64,000 nt of DNA from Polyangiaceae bacterium (GCA_050287085.1 JBNKBE010000005.1:160001-224000); one strand, 5' to 3'. Positions 1 through 10,603 are shown, counted from the stretch's first letter. Notes: generated by a model not told the origin, from the sequence alone. Made by a program: numbers and translations.

Positions 1-501
1 AGCGAGCTTGCCATTGGCACGCGCCTCAGCCACCAGCCCCTGAGCGGCAGCGTCCAACTTGCCCACCAGCAGCGGATCGACGCGCTGGGCGTCGTTCACC
101 GTGAAGGCGGGCCCCGCTGGAGCGTTGGAAGGTCCCTGCCGAGCGTCAGGAGGGAACGCATAGTCGACGCTGGGCATTGTCGTCGTACCGAGCAAGGTCT
201 GTACGGAAGCGTCGTACTCGGCGTTGGTCATACGGCGAATACGGGCGGGCAGAAGTGGATCGTCACTCTGCGCGACTTCGTCATCCGGACCTGCCCCCGC
301 CCCCCCGCCACCAACGCCGTCCGGGGTGCCTGCACTGCCGCCTGACGTCGAGGCGCCGGCGCTGGTCACATCTTCGCGTGCCCCCGCCGAAGATGATTTG
401 TCGGGCTCATCGGACGTCAAACGCCCGCGAGCAGAACAAGCGGCTGAAGCGATCGCCATGACCAACGCGCAGCCGAGCGGAAAATGGTGAAGCGTTTTCA
501 A
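1..501 (-). CDS. DUF1587/DUF1592-family (PSD domain) lipoprotein, N-terminal part; runs off the window edge
   Basis: Not in the ORF track. Manual translation from TTG at 501: MKTLHHFPLGCALVMAIASAAC (lipobox-like), Gly/Ser linker, then RIRRMTNAEYDASVQTLLG, matching the RRLxxxEYxNTVxDLLG motif of DUF1587. Frame open to base 1. Confidence 0.75.
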   Translation of the reverse strand, partial: MKTLHHFPLGCALVMAIASAACSARGRLTSDEPDKSSSAGAREDVTSAGASTSGGSAGTPDGVGGGGAGAGPDDEVAQSDDPLLPARIRRMTNAEYDASVQTLLGTTTMPSVDYAFPPDARQGPSNAPAGPAFTVNDAQRVDPLLVGKLDAAAQGLVAEARANGKLA

Positions 502-941
502 GCAGTCCGACTATAGCCCGCGGCCCTCCCCCCAGCAATCGGCACTCGAGCTGCGCGACGCCACAATCGGAAAAACGTCCAGCTGCGACCCACTGTGACG
601 CGCTTGGTAGGCACGGAAGAGGTCTACGACGACGACCATCTACGGAATTTTCTATGCCCTGGAATACCAGCGCGTTCGCCTCATCACACAAGATCGCAGC
701 CCGCGGATCGCCGTCCAAAGCGCGGAGCGCCAGTCTACGCGCGCGCTCGAAACGGCCCCAGCCGAATGCGGAGACTACACGCCCAAAGCCGGGCTTTCGT
801 GGCAGGCTGCGCCCCAGAAAGCGCCCCGACCATCACGCCAAAGCTTGAGTCCAGGAACCGTACGCGCGCCCGTGCCCAGGCTCGAGTGCATACGACACGG
901 CGCGATCGCGCGCGTCGCCTCTCACGTTGGCGCCAACTCCA

Positions 942-3329
942 CTACATTGCAGGACCCACTTCGATCCGCTTGCACCCTACATCGCATTGATCAGCGTTGG
1001 AGCTGTTGCCGTCGTCGCACTCCTCTTCGCCGTTGACGATTCCATCCCCGCAGCGTGGTCCAATCGTGCAATCAGCGTTGCAACCGTCGTAGCTGCCGTC
1101 GTTGTCGTCGCCATCGTCGCACTGTTCGCCGAATGCGCCGTCGATCTCCCCATCTCCACATTTTGCGGGAAACACGCAGCCCGGAGCGCAGCTATCCGGC
1201 TCTTCTTCCGAGATATAGCCGCTCAGGTTGACGCCGTTGTCGCATTGCTCGTCGCCGTTGACCTCGCCGTCACCACAGCGCTCGCCCGGGGTACACTCCG
1301 CCGTACAGAATCCATACCCGCTCCCGTTGTCTTCACCGTCGTCACACAGCTCGTCTCCGGCCACGATGCCGTCCCCGCACAAGGTCTCACATGTGGTTTC
1401 TGCGCTGACAAAACCCCCGATAGTGAGCTTGAAGTTGGACTCGACGATGTGACGCTCAGCGTGAAAAAGGGCAATCTCGTAGATACGTCCCACCTCGAGT
1501 CCTAGCTCTGACGCCAGTGCATCGTCCAAGGTCACGCTGTCCACCTCACGAGGATGCACGCCCCCGAGATCCACCACCAAGCGACCGCCGATGAACACCC
1601 AGACATCGTCGTCCCCTGAGAACTCCAAGAACTCACCGCCACGGAACTCAAACCAATAGCGGAGTTCGGTAGTGAACCCGAAGTTGTGACCGTTATATGT
1701 CGTGTCGCCGACGGGATTCGACACCACCCAGCCGCTATCGTCGAGGGGGAAGAAACCGGCGCCACTGTCGAATATGTAGGTGTCGTCCCCTTGACGCCCA
1801 AATGTTATCTTGTCGCGCACTTGGAGAGTGACACCGTCGGTATCGCGGTACCACTGATCGAAGTCTGCCCGGCTCGTCATTTGTGCCCCGTAGGGGCAGG
1901 TGGCCTGGGTGAAGTTGCTACCGGCTTGGCACGCGCCGGTGTACACCGGTTTGCCATCGTCGCCGAGCAGATCCGCCACCAGCCCCGGCGTCACATGAGG
2001 GGTAATACCGTTCTGCACGTAGGCTTCGAAGTCCGGGTGCCGGCGGGTGCCTCCGCCCTGCGGCGCGGCATGGACGAAATCTCGGTACAGCACCTGCAAC
2101 TCGAGTTCCTCGGGCAGCTCCCCGACGATCAGGTCACACGACCACCCCGGTTCTTGTCGGCACATCTCATCACAGCCGTCGCCCGCGATATTGTTGCCGT
2201 CGTCGCACTCTTCGTTGTCGCCAGCTAAGACCAGCCCATCACCGCAGCGGGAAGAACACGTCCCGCCTTCGTATTTGGCGTCGGTCATGATGGGTCCCGC
2301 ATCGGCGGTGGGATCGTGGGTCACCTCGCGAGGCGGGATGCAAAGCGGTTCGAGCACACAGCCTGGGCTGCAACCATCACCCACATGGATGTCGTCGCCG
2401 TCGTCACAAGGCTCGTCGCCCTCCGCTTTGCCGTCACCACACACGGTTTCGCGACACTCCTCGCCGGGCGCATCGCAGACCCATCCGCTCTCACGACGGC
2501 ATGTTCCGCTACAGCCGTCACCCGAATCCAGGTTCCCGTCGTCACACGTCTCGCGCCCAACAATCATCCCGTCGCCGCAATCCGGCTGACAAGTCTGCCC
2601 AGCGTTCTGACACACCCACCCAGCTTCCGTCTCGCAACTATCGCTACAGCCGTCGCCCACGTCGGTATTGCCGTCGTCGCAGGTTTCAGCGCCAGAAACT
2701 CGACCGTCACCACACTCAACGGTGCTGATGCATAGTTCCCCAGGTTTGGGACAGGCGTAGTCGGCCTCGCGTTGACAACTCGACGAGCAGCCATCACCGG
2801 ACGTGGTGTTGCCGTCGTCGCAGGTCTCATCGTCTGTTCGCCGCCCGTCGCCGCAGACTTTCGCACGAACGCATAGAGCGCCAACGACCTCACACAGAAA
2901 GCCGTCCTCCCGTGTGACACAATCAGCCGAACAACCGTCTCCCCCGACGTCGTTGCCGTCGTCACAGACCTCCTCTGCCCCGAGCTTGCCGTCCCCACAC
3001 ACCTCCTTGGGCCCCGGATCTTCGACCATGGTGTCGTCGTCGTCCGGATCGCCTACTTTCCCGCCACCGGAGCCGCCATCCGGCGCCATCGGAGCGTTCC
3101 CACCAGCCCCCGCGGTGTCAGGGGTGTCGCCAGGATCGCTGTCGATCACGACGCCGTCCTGGCAAGCGCTGAGCCCAACCAGGAGCATTAGGGCGGACAC
3201 AGTGCAGACTGCAGTCCGGCGGGCCGAGCCTGCAGCAAGCAGAGCATGGCACTGCGTTCCGTCTTCGCCTGGGGCTCGGATTGGTTCTTGCGGAGTTGCG
3301 ACAGACTGGAGGGAGGCGTTTTCGGACAT
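942..3329 (-). CDS. Cys-rich myxobacterial disulfide-repeat (DUF4215-type) and fibro-slime/PA14 domain lipoprotein
   Basis: Ten CGDG-x(5-8)-CD[DN]G repeats flank a domain with YRDF, HPDFE, GKPVY, FDQWYRD, HNFGFTTE, GDDDVWVFI, DLGGVH, FHAERH. Lipobox LLVGLSAC. Start uncertain. Confidence 0.9.
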   Translation of the reverse strand: MSENASLQSVATPQEPIRAPGEDGTQCHALLAAGSARRTAVCTVSALMLLVGLSACQDGVVIDSDPGDTPDTAGAGGNAPMAPDGGSGGGKVGDPDDDDTMVEDPGPKEVCGDGKLGAEEVCDDGNDVGGDGCSADCVTREDGFLCEVVGALCVRAKVCGDGRRTDDETCDDGNTTSGDGCSSSCQREADYACPKPGELCISTVECGDGRVSGAETCDDGNTDVGDGCSDSCETEAGWVCQNAGQTCQPDCGDGMIVGRETCDDGNLDSGDGCSGTCRRESGWVCDAPGEECRETVCGDGKAEGDEPCDDGDDIHVGDGCSPGCVLEPLCIPPREVTHDPTADAGPIMTDAKYEGGTCSSRCGDGLVLAGDNEECDDGNNIAGDGCDEMCRQEPGWSCDLIVGELPEELELQVLYRDFVHAAPQGGGTRRHPDFEAYVQNGITPHVTPGLVADLLGDDGKPVYTGACQAGSNFTQATCPYGAQMTSRADFDQWYRDTDGVTLQVRDKITFGRQGDDTYIFDSGAGFFPLDDSGWVVSNPVGDTTYNGHNFGFTTELRYWFEFRGGEFLEFSGDDDVWVFIGGRLVVDLGGVHPREVDSVTLDDALASELGLEVGRIYEIALFHAERHIVESNFKLTIGGFVSAETTCETLCGDGIVAGDELCDDGEDNGSGYGFCTAECTPGERCGDGEVNGDEQCDNGVNLSGYISEEEPDSCAPGCVFPAKCGDGEIDGAFGEQCDDGDDNDGSYDGCNADCTIGPRCGDGIVNGEEECDDGNSSNADQCDVGCKRIEVGPAM

Positions 3330-3600
3330 TCGACATCTCAATGTGCCGCATCCTGAAGATGCGGTTGAAGCCTTTTTCGCAGGTGGCCCACTGAAACGCA
3401 GCGAGAATGTCTAGTGAAACGAAGGAACCACTCCGGGCCGGAAGGAACTTCAAGTACAGCCGAAACGTGCTGCCTTCATGAACCTATTGGACGCGCCGCG
3501 GAGCGCAGCGCAGGCGAAAAGCACCTTTCGCACCCGCGGACAGAAGGATTGCAACTGCCCGCAGGCGAAGTGGGCGCGTAGGGCGAAGCGCTATCGCTAG

Positions 3601-3834
3601 CTACTTTGAGCCCGAACCGCCGTCTTCAAAGTAGTCCGACCCGAATAGCTCGGGGTCGAGGGCCTGGGGCCCGGGCACGATACCCGCAATGTCGGGATCT
3701 TCTTCCGCCTCCGTGGAACTGTCCCGAGTCAGGCGCTCCGCCTTCCGGGCTTCGCGCCGATCGGCCTTGTCCCGCTTGCGCTCCGCACGGTCTTTTTCTC
3801 TGCTTCTCTTGGCAATGGATGGTCTAGCTCTCAA
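3601..3834 (-). CDS. Small basic/charged hypothetical protein
   Basis: 77 aa, Lys/Arg-rich helix followed by EDPDIAGIVPGPQ. TTG start preceded by AAAGGA, 15 nt after the RRM gene stop. Confidence 0.7.
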   Translation of the reverse strand: MRARPSIAKRSREKDRAERKRDKADRREARKAERLTRDSSTEAEEDPDIAGIVPGPQALDPELFGSDYFEDGGSGSK

Positions 3835-3849
3835 GTGACGTCCTTTCGC

Positions 3850-4227
3850 TTACCAACGCTCGCTGCGATCCCCGCGCCGACTCTTACCCTTCTTACGGCC
3901 CCCGCCGGAACCGCGTCCGCCGAAATCGTCCCGGCCACCAAACCCTCCCCCGCCTTCCGGCGCCCGCGGCGCGCGAGGCGGACGCTCCGTAGCTTCGTTG
4001 ACGCGTACGGTGCGTCCGTCCAACTCCTGGCCATCGAGGGCCGCCATCGCGGCGGTCGCGGCCGCGCGATCACTGAATGTCACGAACCCAAATCCGCGGG
4101 AACGCCCGGTGTCTCGGTCAGAGATGACAACGGCGTCTTCAATCTGCCCAAAGCTCTCGAAGCCCTTGCGTAGACCGTCGGTATCCGTATTGAAGTTGAG
4201 TCCCCCGACGAATAGCTTCATCGACAT
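3850..4227 (-). CDS. RRM-domain RNA-binding protein with Gly/Arg-rich tail
   Basis: RNP2 KLFVGGL, RNP1 [11 protein letters not shown]-like tail. ATG at 4227 preceded by AGGAG. Confidence 0.95.
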   Translation of the reverse strand: MSMKLFVGGLNFNTDTDGLRKGFESFGQIEDAVVISDRDTGRSRGFGFVTFSDRAAATAAMAALDGQELDGRTVRVNEATERPPRAPRAPEGGGGFGGRDDFGGRGSGGGRKKGKSRRGDRSERW

Positions 4228-4798
4228 GCTTGCTCCTGTTCTTTTTTGCGTGAATTGAGGCGCCCCTCGCTTGGGGCATCCACCTCGATCGCGCGGCGAG
4301 AAAGAAAGCCGCCCACGACTCGAAGCGCAGAGCGAGCAGGAGGGAGCAGGAGGGAGCCAAAGTCGCCAAGCCCTCCTGACCTCAACCGACGAACTCGCTC
4401 GCCTGGTACCCCAGCGAGGCAATGACGCCTCGGCGGGCCGGGATGCCCAAAGGCCTCCCCCCACAGGGAACCACAAGGCACGTCTCCGACCTACGTGTGA
4501 GCGGTCAATCCGCTTTTCTTGCCTGAATACGTCGATTTTCTTCGGTCTCCGCACCCACTACTGAACGAGGTGGTGCGGAAATCCGGACCGCCAGCGACAC
4601 TGCGTCGCCGCACAACGTCTCGAGGTGAGTCCTGACACTCCTTCAATGGGCGGCTGAAGTCAAGACTCGAACCAGTTTTACGTGGACCCAACGCCTATTC
4701 GAGCCCCTTGCGTACCCAAAAGCGGACGGCGGGCATCCCGATTGCTGCGCGAGATGCGCTCGCCGCGCGCCGAGCAGCGGCGTTCGCACGAATGTTTA

Positions 4799-4823
4799 CC
4801 TAGGCGCGGCCGCCGCGCCTAGG
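4799..4823. repeat. Perfect 11-bp inverted repeat (possible terminator-like hairpin or protein-binding site)
   Basis: CCTAGGCGCGG-CCG-CCGCGCCTAGG downstream of the kinase ending at 4907. No U-tract. Confidence 0.5.
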
Positions 4824-4906
4824 GGGCCCGCCTGGATGACGGGCGCGGCGCGCAGGCGGGCTCTGCTCGCGAGCGCGCCATCAGGTCATCGCTCTGCTGC
4901 CCCCCG

Positions 4907-6253
4907 TCAAGGAAGGCGCAGACTGTCGGGCGAAGGGGTGAGAGGTAGGTACAACACAAAGGTCGCTCCGGCCTCCATTCCTTCGCTGCGACAGGCGATC
5001 CGCCCCCCTAACTCGGACGCAAGATTGGAGGCTTCATGCAAGCCGAAGCCCTCGCCGCCTGCCTGCGTTGTAAAACCGTGTTCGAACACTTTTTCGAGGT
5101 GCTCCGGTCGAATGCCCACACCGTTATCGGCAAACACAATGCACCACAGGTCATCCGGCTCGACGACATGGGCGCCGATCTCGATCCGCTTGGGTGTGCA
5201 ACCGCTCGCTAACACGGACTTTCGCGCGTTGCTGAGCAAACTGGTGACGATCCGCGTCAAGCGGTGACGGTCGACCTCCATCTTTCCCACTGCTGCACAG
5301 TCTACTTTCAGTTCAACCAAGCCATCTTCGCTCTCCGGTACGACAAGTCGACACGTCTCCGCCAAGAGCTCGTGAATGTCGCATTTCTCGACAAGCGGAG
5401 GCGCATTGGCGAAGCGCCGCTGACGAGCCACGATGGCCTTCAGGTGCTCAACCCTTCGTGCCATGGCTCCCACCTCGCTCCGAACGGTGGACTGCTGCTC
5501 CTCCAGCGCCTCAACGGCTCGACGCAAGAATGGCAGGACCTTATGACCTCGTGGATCCTGAGTGAAGAACGCCGACAGGTCCGGTTGGTTCTCAAGCAAG
5601 GCGACCACTCGACTCAAGCTGGCCAGCTTATCGTCGCACAGGGCGTCGCGAACCAACGCCGTCGACACCCCGACGCTGTTGAGGACATTGCCGACATTGT
5701 GGAGTATCTCGCTGGCGATCTCCGCCATGCCGGCCAGCCGCGCAGAGGCAGAAACCTCCCGTTGGGCCGCCCGCAAGTCAGCGTTGGCCGCGGTGAGCAC
5801 TCCGCGAGCCCGCTCCAACTCATCGGTCTTCTCGAGCAGGGCTGCGGCCCAACGCGTCGTTTCCGCAAGTTCGTTCTGAATGCTCCCGGCAAGTCGACAG
5901 CTCAGCACGAGTAGTTCATCACGTACGAAACGCGTACCACTGACAACAAAGGTCAGCGGCTCGCCGCCCACGTTCTCTAGAGTCACCATCATATTCTCGA
6001 AAACTTCAGGCTGGGAAAGCCCCTCAAACCCAAGCAATGACAGCGCATCGATCGACGAAACGAGGTCCATCCAGCTGCGTCCGAGCAGCTCACCGGGCGC
6101 ATAGCCAAGGATCCTCGCGGCAGACGCATTGGCAAACTGAATGGTGGAGTCTGGACGAGTGACGAAGACCGCGTCCGATAGGCCGTCCAGAATCGCTGCC
6201 CAATCCAGCGGCGCGGATTGCGGGGATGGCACGGTGACTAGGTTCTCGCACAT
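4907..6253 (-). CDS. PAS-domain sensor histidine kinase
   Basis: PAS (ILDGLSDAVFV..NASAARILGY..ELLGR), H-box EILHNVGNVL, N-box LLSNA, DNGVG, GFGL. Start trimmed to ATG 6253 (uncertain). Confidence 0.9.
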   Translation of the reverse strand: MCENLVTVPSPQSAPLDWAAILDGLSDAVFVTRPDSTIQFANASAARILGYAPGELLGRSWMDLVSSIDALSLLGFEGLSQPEVFENMMVTLENVGGEPLTFVVSGTRFVRDELLVLSCRLAGSIQNELAETTRWAAALLEKTDELERARGVLTAANADLRAAQREVSASARLAGMAEIASEILHNVGNVLNSVGVSTALVRDALCDDKLASLSRVVALLENQPDLSAFFTQDPRGHKVLPFLRRAVEALEEQQSTVRSEVGAMARRVEHLKAIVARQRRFANAPPLVEKCDIHELLAETCRLVVPESEDGLVELKVDCAAVGKMEVDRHRLTRIVTSLLSNARKSVLASGCTPKRIEIGAHVVEPDDLWCIVFADNGVGIRPEHLEKVFEHGFTTQAGGEGFGLHEASNLASELGGRIACRSEGMEAGATFVLYLPLTPSPDSLRLP

Positions 6254-6402
6254 GGGATCTACTTCGATGACGCTACCGCCCCGTAGTTGGCAAACGGCGC
6301 ACCAGGCGCAATCTTGAGATCCCGCTAGCGCAAATCCGCCTTCAGTTCCGGGGGAATGGACCGTTAGCCCAGAGGGGGAGCAGTGGGCTTCCTGGTTGAA
6401 CC

Positions 6403-8004
6403 ATGGGTAAGCTGCGGGTACTTGCAATTGACGACGACAAGAGCACGCGCGAGCTGCTGCGTGCTCACCTGGAAACAGACTACGTCGTTGACCTTCGCTC
6501 GGACGGAGTTGAAGGCCTGCAGGCTATTCGCTCGGTAAGGCCCGATATCGTGCTTTCCGACGTCGAGATGCCACGTATGGACGGCTTCGCGCTCGCTCGA
6601 ATCCTCAAGAGCAAGCCAGACTTAGCCCGTATTCCCTTACTGCTCGTTACGGCGCGCGAGGGTGACTTTGCAGCGGCGGAGTGCCTCGACGCAGGCGCTG
6701 ACGACTACGTCCGGAAACCGATTCAGCGTCGAGAGTTTCTCGCGCGAGTCGGGGCCGCGGCACGACACGTCGCGTTGAGCGCTGAGCTCGAAGCCAGTTA
6801 CCGCGCCTTGCACGTCGCTCGAAACGAGCTGCTCCTAACCTTCGACCAGGCAGCGGACGCCATCGTCTCCTACGAGGCAAGCGGGATAGTCCGCACCCAC
6901 AACGCAGCCGCAACCCAACTCCTGATGGGGGGTGATGCGCCGTCCGGCGAAGACAGCGCGCGGCTCGTAGGGCATACGGTGGAGGAGCTCCTTGCAACCC
7001 CGGCGTGGTGGCAAGACGGCGAGCCCTATCACGTGTCCTTGGACTTTGGCGGGGGCACTCGCCACCTGGAGTTTCGCGTGGCTGCCGACGCGGACTCAGG
7101 ACAACACGTTGCGGTCATTCGCGACGTGACGTGGGCGATCGATACACGGCGCGAGCTCGAACGACAGCAAGAACGGCTGGCGCAATCGGTACGCCTGGCA
7201 GGGCAGGCGAGAGTTGCCACCGGCGTTCTCCACAACGTGGCAAACGTGCTCAACAGTGCGCGCGTCGGAGCCGAAATCCTGCGCCAGCAGTGCGAAGGCA
7301 TGCGACCGGACCGCCTTCGAAAACTGGCCCATCTGTTGGAGGACATCGAACCGGAACTGAGGGCCACACTGCCAGACAAAGCCCCAGTCGTGGTCACCTT
7401 CGCGCAACGCATCGCAAGTGAATTCGCCACCACTACACAGCGGATGCAAACCGAGCTGAAGAGTCTACAGCGAAGACTGCAGCACGCTGCCATCGTGTTA
7501 GGACGGCAGCAGCGCTTCGCCAAATGCAGCAACGGGGTGCAAGAGCTCTCACTCGACGAAGTCGTCGCCACCGCGCTGGATCTCGCGGACGTCGGAGATC
7601 CTAGCGTTGTGCGCCGCGACATCCAATGCGAGTCAGTCATCGCAGACGAGCATCGTATATTGGAAATTCTAATCAATCTGCTCAGCAACGCGGCCGACGC
7701 CGTCCGCGAAACCGAAACCCCCGCCATCCTAGTTCGGACTGTAGAACACCCTCCGCCGGTTGCCCGCGTCGACGTCACGATTGCTGACAATGGCATCGGA
7801 CTTGCTCCTGAACGGCTCGGTTCCTTATTTGAACATGGGGTAACCACCAAGGTCGATGGCCATGGCTTTGGGCTGCATAGCTGCGCTCAGGCCGCAAGCG
7901 AGATGGGCGGAACGCTGTCGGTCAGCAGCGAAGGTATCGGACGCGGTGCCTCGTTTACCCTTTCCTTGCCCCGCTTCCCCGTGACCAAGGAGCAGAATGC
8001 ATGA
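6403..8004 (+). CDS. Hybrid REC-PAS-histidine kinase
   Basis: REC (AIDDD, DVEMP, KP), PAS-like segment, H-box VLHNVANVL, NLLSNA, DNGIG, GHGFGLH. Confidence 0.92.
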   Translation: MGKLRVLAIDDDKSTRELLRAHLETDYVVDLRSDGVEGLQAIRSVRPDIVLSDVEMPRMDGFALARILKSKPDLARIPLLLVTAREGDFAAAECLDAGADDYVRKPIQRREFLARVGAAARHVALSAELEASYRALHVARNELLLTFDQAADAIVSYEASGIVRTHNAAATQLLMGGDAPSGEDSARLVGHTVEELLATPAWWQDGEPYHVSLDFGGGTRHLEFRVAADADSGQHVAVIRDVTWAIDTRRELERQQERLAQSVRLAGQARVATGVLHNVANVLNSARVGAEILRQQCEGMRPDRLRKLAHLLEDIEPELRATLPDKAPVVVTFAQRIASEFATTTQRMQTELKSLQRRLQHAAIVLGRQQRFAKCSNGVQELSLDEVVATALDLADVGDPSVVRRDIQCESVIADEHRILEILINLLSNAADAVRETETPAILVRTVEHPPPVARVDVTIADNGIGLAPERLGSLFEHGVTTKVDGHGFGLHSCAQAASEMGGTLSVSSEGIGRGASFTLSLPRFPVTKEQNA

Positions 8005-9449
8005 ACAGCCTAGCCCCACTCCCTGCGAGTAGCTCGCATCGGCTGTTGATAGTCGACGACAATCGCGACATTCACGAGGACATTCGCAAGATCCTGGGCA
8101 GTCAGCGCGCGGACCCTGAGCTCGACAGCCTCGAGGCCGAACTATTTGGGGAGGAACCCTCGCCCACCAGCTTTCCGCAACAGTCCTTTGTGATCGACTC
8201 TGCGACGCAAGGTCAAGAGGCTCTCGAACTCGTGCGACGCGCGACCGCCGACGGAGTTCCGTACTCGCTCGCCTTCGTCGACATGCGAATGCCGCCGGGT
8301 TGGGACGGGGTTACGACGATCGAACACCTCTGGAAGGTCGACCCCAGCCTGCAGATCGTAATCTGCACGGCGTACTCAGACCACAGCTGGCACGACATCG
8401 TACAGCGGCTGCAAGCGTTCGAGCGCCTACTGATCATCAAGAAGCCATTCGACAACGTGGAGATCGTCCAGACCGCTTACAACTTGTCTCATAAGTGGTC
8501 GCTGGAACGACAGCTCAGCGAGCAAATGGTGATGCTAAACCAGGTCGTTGAGGAGAAGACGGCCGACCTAAAGAGGGCGAACAACGAGCTCCAAAAACGG
8601 CTCGCAGACCTCCACCGAATGGAGTCCGAACTGCGGCTAGCCCAGAAACTCGAAAGCGTAGGCCAACTAGCGGCCGGAGTAGCCCATGAGCTCAACACGC
8701 CCGCACAATTCGTGACCGATAATCTCGGATTTCTGGCGGATTCCAATCGGGACTTGAACAAGCTGGTGCGCGCCTATCAACACTACGTGCACGCGCAACC
8801 GCCCTGTCGAGAGCAAGACACCATTCGCGAGCTGGAAGAGGCCGTGGATGTTGAATACCTATTGAGCGAGATACCGTCAGCAATCTCCCAGTCAATCGAT
8901 GGCATGAAGCGCACAGCCGAGATCGTGCGGGCCTTGAAGCAATTTTGTCATCCAAGCACAGGTGAACGCAACAGCATGGACGTAAACGCCGCTCTTGATA
9001 CCACGTTGACGGTCGCGCGCAACGAGTGGAAGTACGTCGCAGAACTGGAACTTAATCTGGCTCCCGACTTGCCGCAGATTCTGGCCCTATGCGGCGAGAT
9101 GAATCAGGTGTTCCTCAACCTCATCGTGAATGCTGCACACGCCATGGCCGACACAGAGAAGAACGGCCACAAGGGCATCTTGAGCGTCACCACACGCCAG
9201 GTGGATGCAGACCGAATCGAGATCGCTATCGGCGACACCGGCAGCGGCATTGCTGACGACATCAAGGACAAGGTCTTTGACCCCTTCTTTACGACAAAAG
9301 GTGTTGGCAAGGGAACGGGTCAAGGGCTGGCCCTGGTGCACAATGTGGTCGTAACCCAACACGGTGGCGACGTCCGACTCGAAACGGAGGTGGGCAAGGG
9401 CACCACCTTCTACGTTCGCCTGCCCCTCCGGCCAAGGGTCGAAGCGTGA
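8001..9449 (+). CDS. Hybrid REC-histidine kinase (NtrB-like kinase core)
   Basis: VDDN, DMRMPPGWDG, KKPF; H-box AHELNTP, NLIVNA, DTGSG, FFTTK, GTGQGL. ATGA overlap with the upstream gene. Confidence 0.93.
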   Translation: MNSLAPLPASSSHRLLIVDDNRDIHEDIRKILGSQRADPELDSLEAELFGEEPSPTSFPQQSFVIDSATQGQEALELVRRATADGVPYSLAFVDMRMPPGWDGVTTIEHLWKVDPSLQIVICTAYSDHSWHDIVQRLQAFERLLIIKKPFDNVEIVQTAYNLSHKWSLERQLSEQMVMLNQVVEEKTADLKRANNELQKRLADLHRMESELRLAQKLESVGQLAAGVAHELNTPAQFVTDNLGFLADSNRDLNKLVRAYQHYVHAQPPCREQDTIRELEEAVDVEYLLSEIPSAISQSIDGMKRTAEIVRALKQFCHPSTGERNSMDVNAALDTTLTVARNEWKYVAELELNLAPDLPQILALCGEMNQVFLNLIVNAAHAMADTEKNGHKGILSVTTRQVDADRIEIAIGDTGSGIADDIKDKVFDPFFTTKGVGKGTGQGLALVHNVVVTQHGGDVRLETEVGKGTTFYVRLPLRPRVEA

Positions 9450-10603
9450 TGAAATCCGTACTATTCGTGGACGACGAGCCCAACGTGCTGTCTGGACTCA
9501 AGCGAATGCTGCGCCCCAGACGGGCGGAGTGGAGCTTGCACTTCGCAAGCAGTGGCAGGGAAGCGCTAGAACTGCTCCAAACCCTGCACTGCGACGTGCT
9601 GGTCACGGACATGCGCATGCCCGACATCGACGGAGCAGAGCTATTGCGCCGTACACAAGCATCTCACCCCGGCGTTGTTCGCATAGTGCTGTCCGGTCAC
9701 GCGGAGCTCGAGACGGCGCTGCGGGCGGTTCCGCTTGCCCACCAGTTCATGACCAAGCCGACTGAGCCGGAGCGCCTATGCCGAACGATTGAGCGAGCAT
9801 GCTCCATTCAAGACATGCTCAGCAATCCCAGTCTTCGCAAGGCAGTGAGCGGCATCCGTTCGCTGCCTGTACTGCCCGTCATCTATCATGAGCTGACAGA
9901 GAAGCTCGCCGATGAAAACGTGGACCTTGTTGAAGCAGCCCGCATAGTCGAGAAGGATCCCGGTCTTTCCGCAAAACTCCTGAAGGTTGTTAACTCCGCG
10001 TTCTTCGGTGTACCGCGTCGGGTCAGTGGCATTCAGGATGCGGCCCTCATGCTGGGGTCCAATATGCTAAAAAACTTGGTCCTCGGCGCCTCTCTCTTCA
10101 GCCCCGACGAACACGCATTGGGCCTTGACCTCGCACAAGAGCAACAGCGTGGCATGCTCGTCGGTCGCCTGGCCATGCAGATGCTCGAACGCCGCCAACA
10201 CAAGGAGGACGCCTTTGCCGCTGGTGTGTTGCTCACGCTCGGTCGATACCTGGTCGCGATCCAAGCGAGGGAGGCCCTCGAATCAATTCTAGCTGCCGTG
10301 GCCGGCGGCATGCCTCGCGTGGAGGCCGAGCTCCAGGTGCTGGGCGCTAGCGCCGCCCAGATGGGAGCATACCTGCTAGGTCTGTGGGGCCTCCCGTACT
10401 CCATCGTCGAGGCCGTGGCCTACCACGAACGTCCCTCACAGGTAGAAGCTCGAGACTTCGATCCACTCGGTGCGGTGCACGTAGCCAACGCGCTCATCAG
10501 CCCCGGAGCTGACTTGGATGAACTCTATGTGGACCAAAGTGGGATCCGCGGGAGCCTGCCCGAATGGCGCAAAGCAGCAGAACGCATCGAGGGTGCGTCG
10601 TGA
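9446..10603 (+). CDS. Response regulator with HDOD domain
   Basis: REC (VDDE, DMRMP, KP) plus HDOD (LPVLP, DPGLSAKLLKVVNSAFFG, WGLP..IVEAVAYHE). Confidence 0.92.
   Translation: MMKSVLFVDDEPNVLSGLKRMLRPRRAEWSLHFASSGREALELLQTLHCDVLVTDMRMPDIDGAELLRRTQASHPGVVRIVLSGHAELETALRAVPLAHQFMTKPTEPERLCRTIERACSIQDMLSNPSLRKAVSGIRSLPVLPVIYHELTEKLADENVDLVEAARIVEKDPGLSAKLLKVVNSAFFGVPRRVSGIQDAALMLGSNMLKNLVLGASLFSPDEHALGLDLAQEQQRGMLVGRLAMQMLERRQHKEDAFAAGVLLTLGRYLVAIQAREALESILAAVAGGMPRVEAELQVLGASAAQMGAYLLGLWGLPYSIVEAVAYHERPSQVEARDFDPLGAVHVANALISPGADLDELYVDQSGIRGSLPEWRKAAERIEGAS

Noticed and set aside
942..3100. CRISPR-like periodic repeats (gccgtcgtc..)
   Set aside because: They are degenerate coding repeats of CGDG/CDDGN motifs, not identical repeats with unique spacers.
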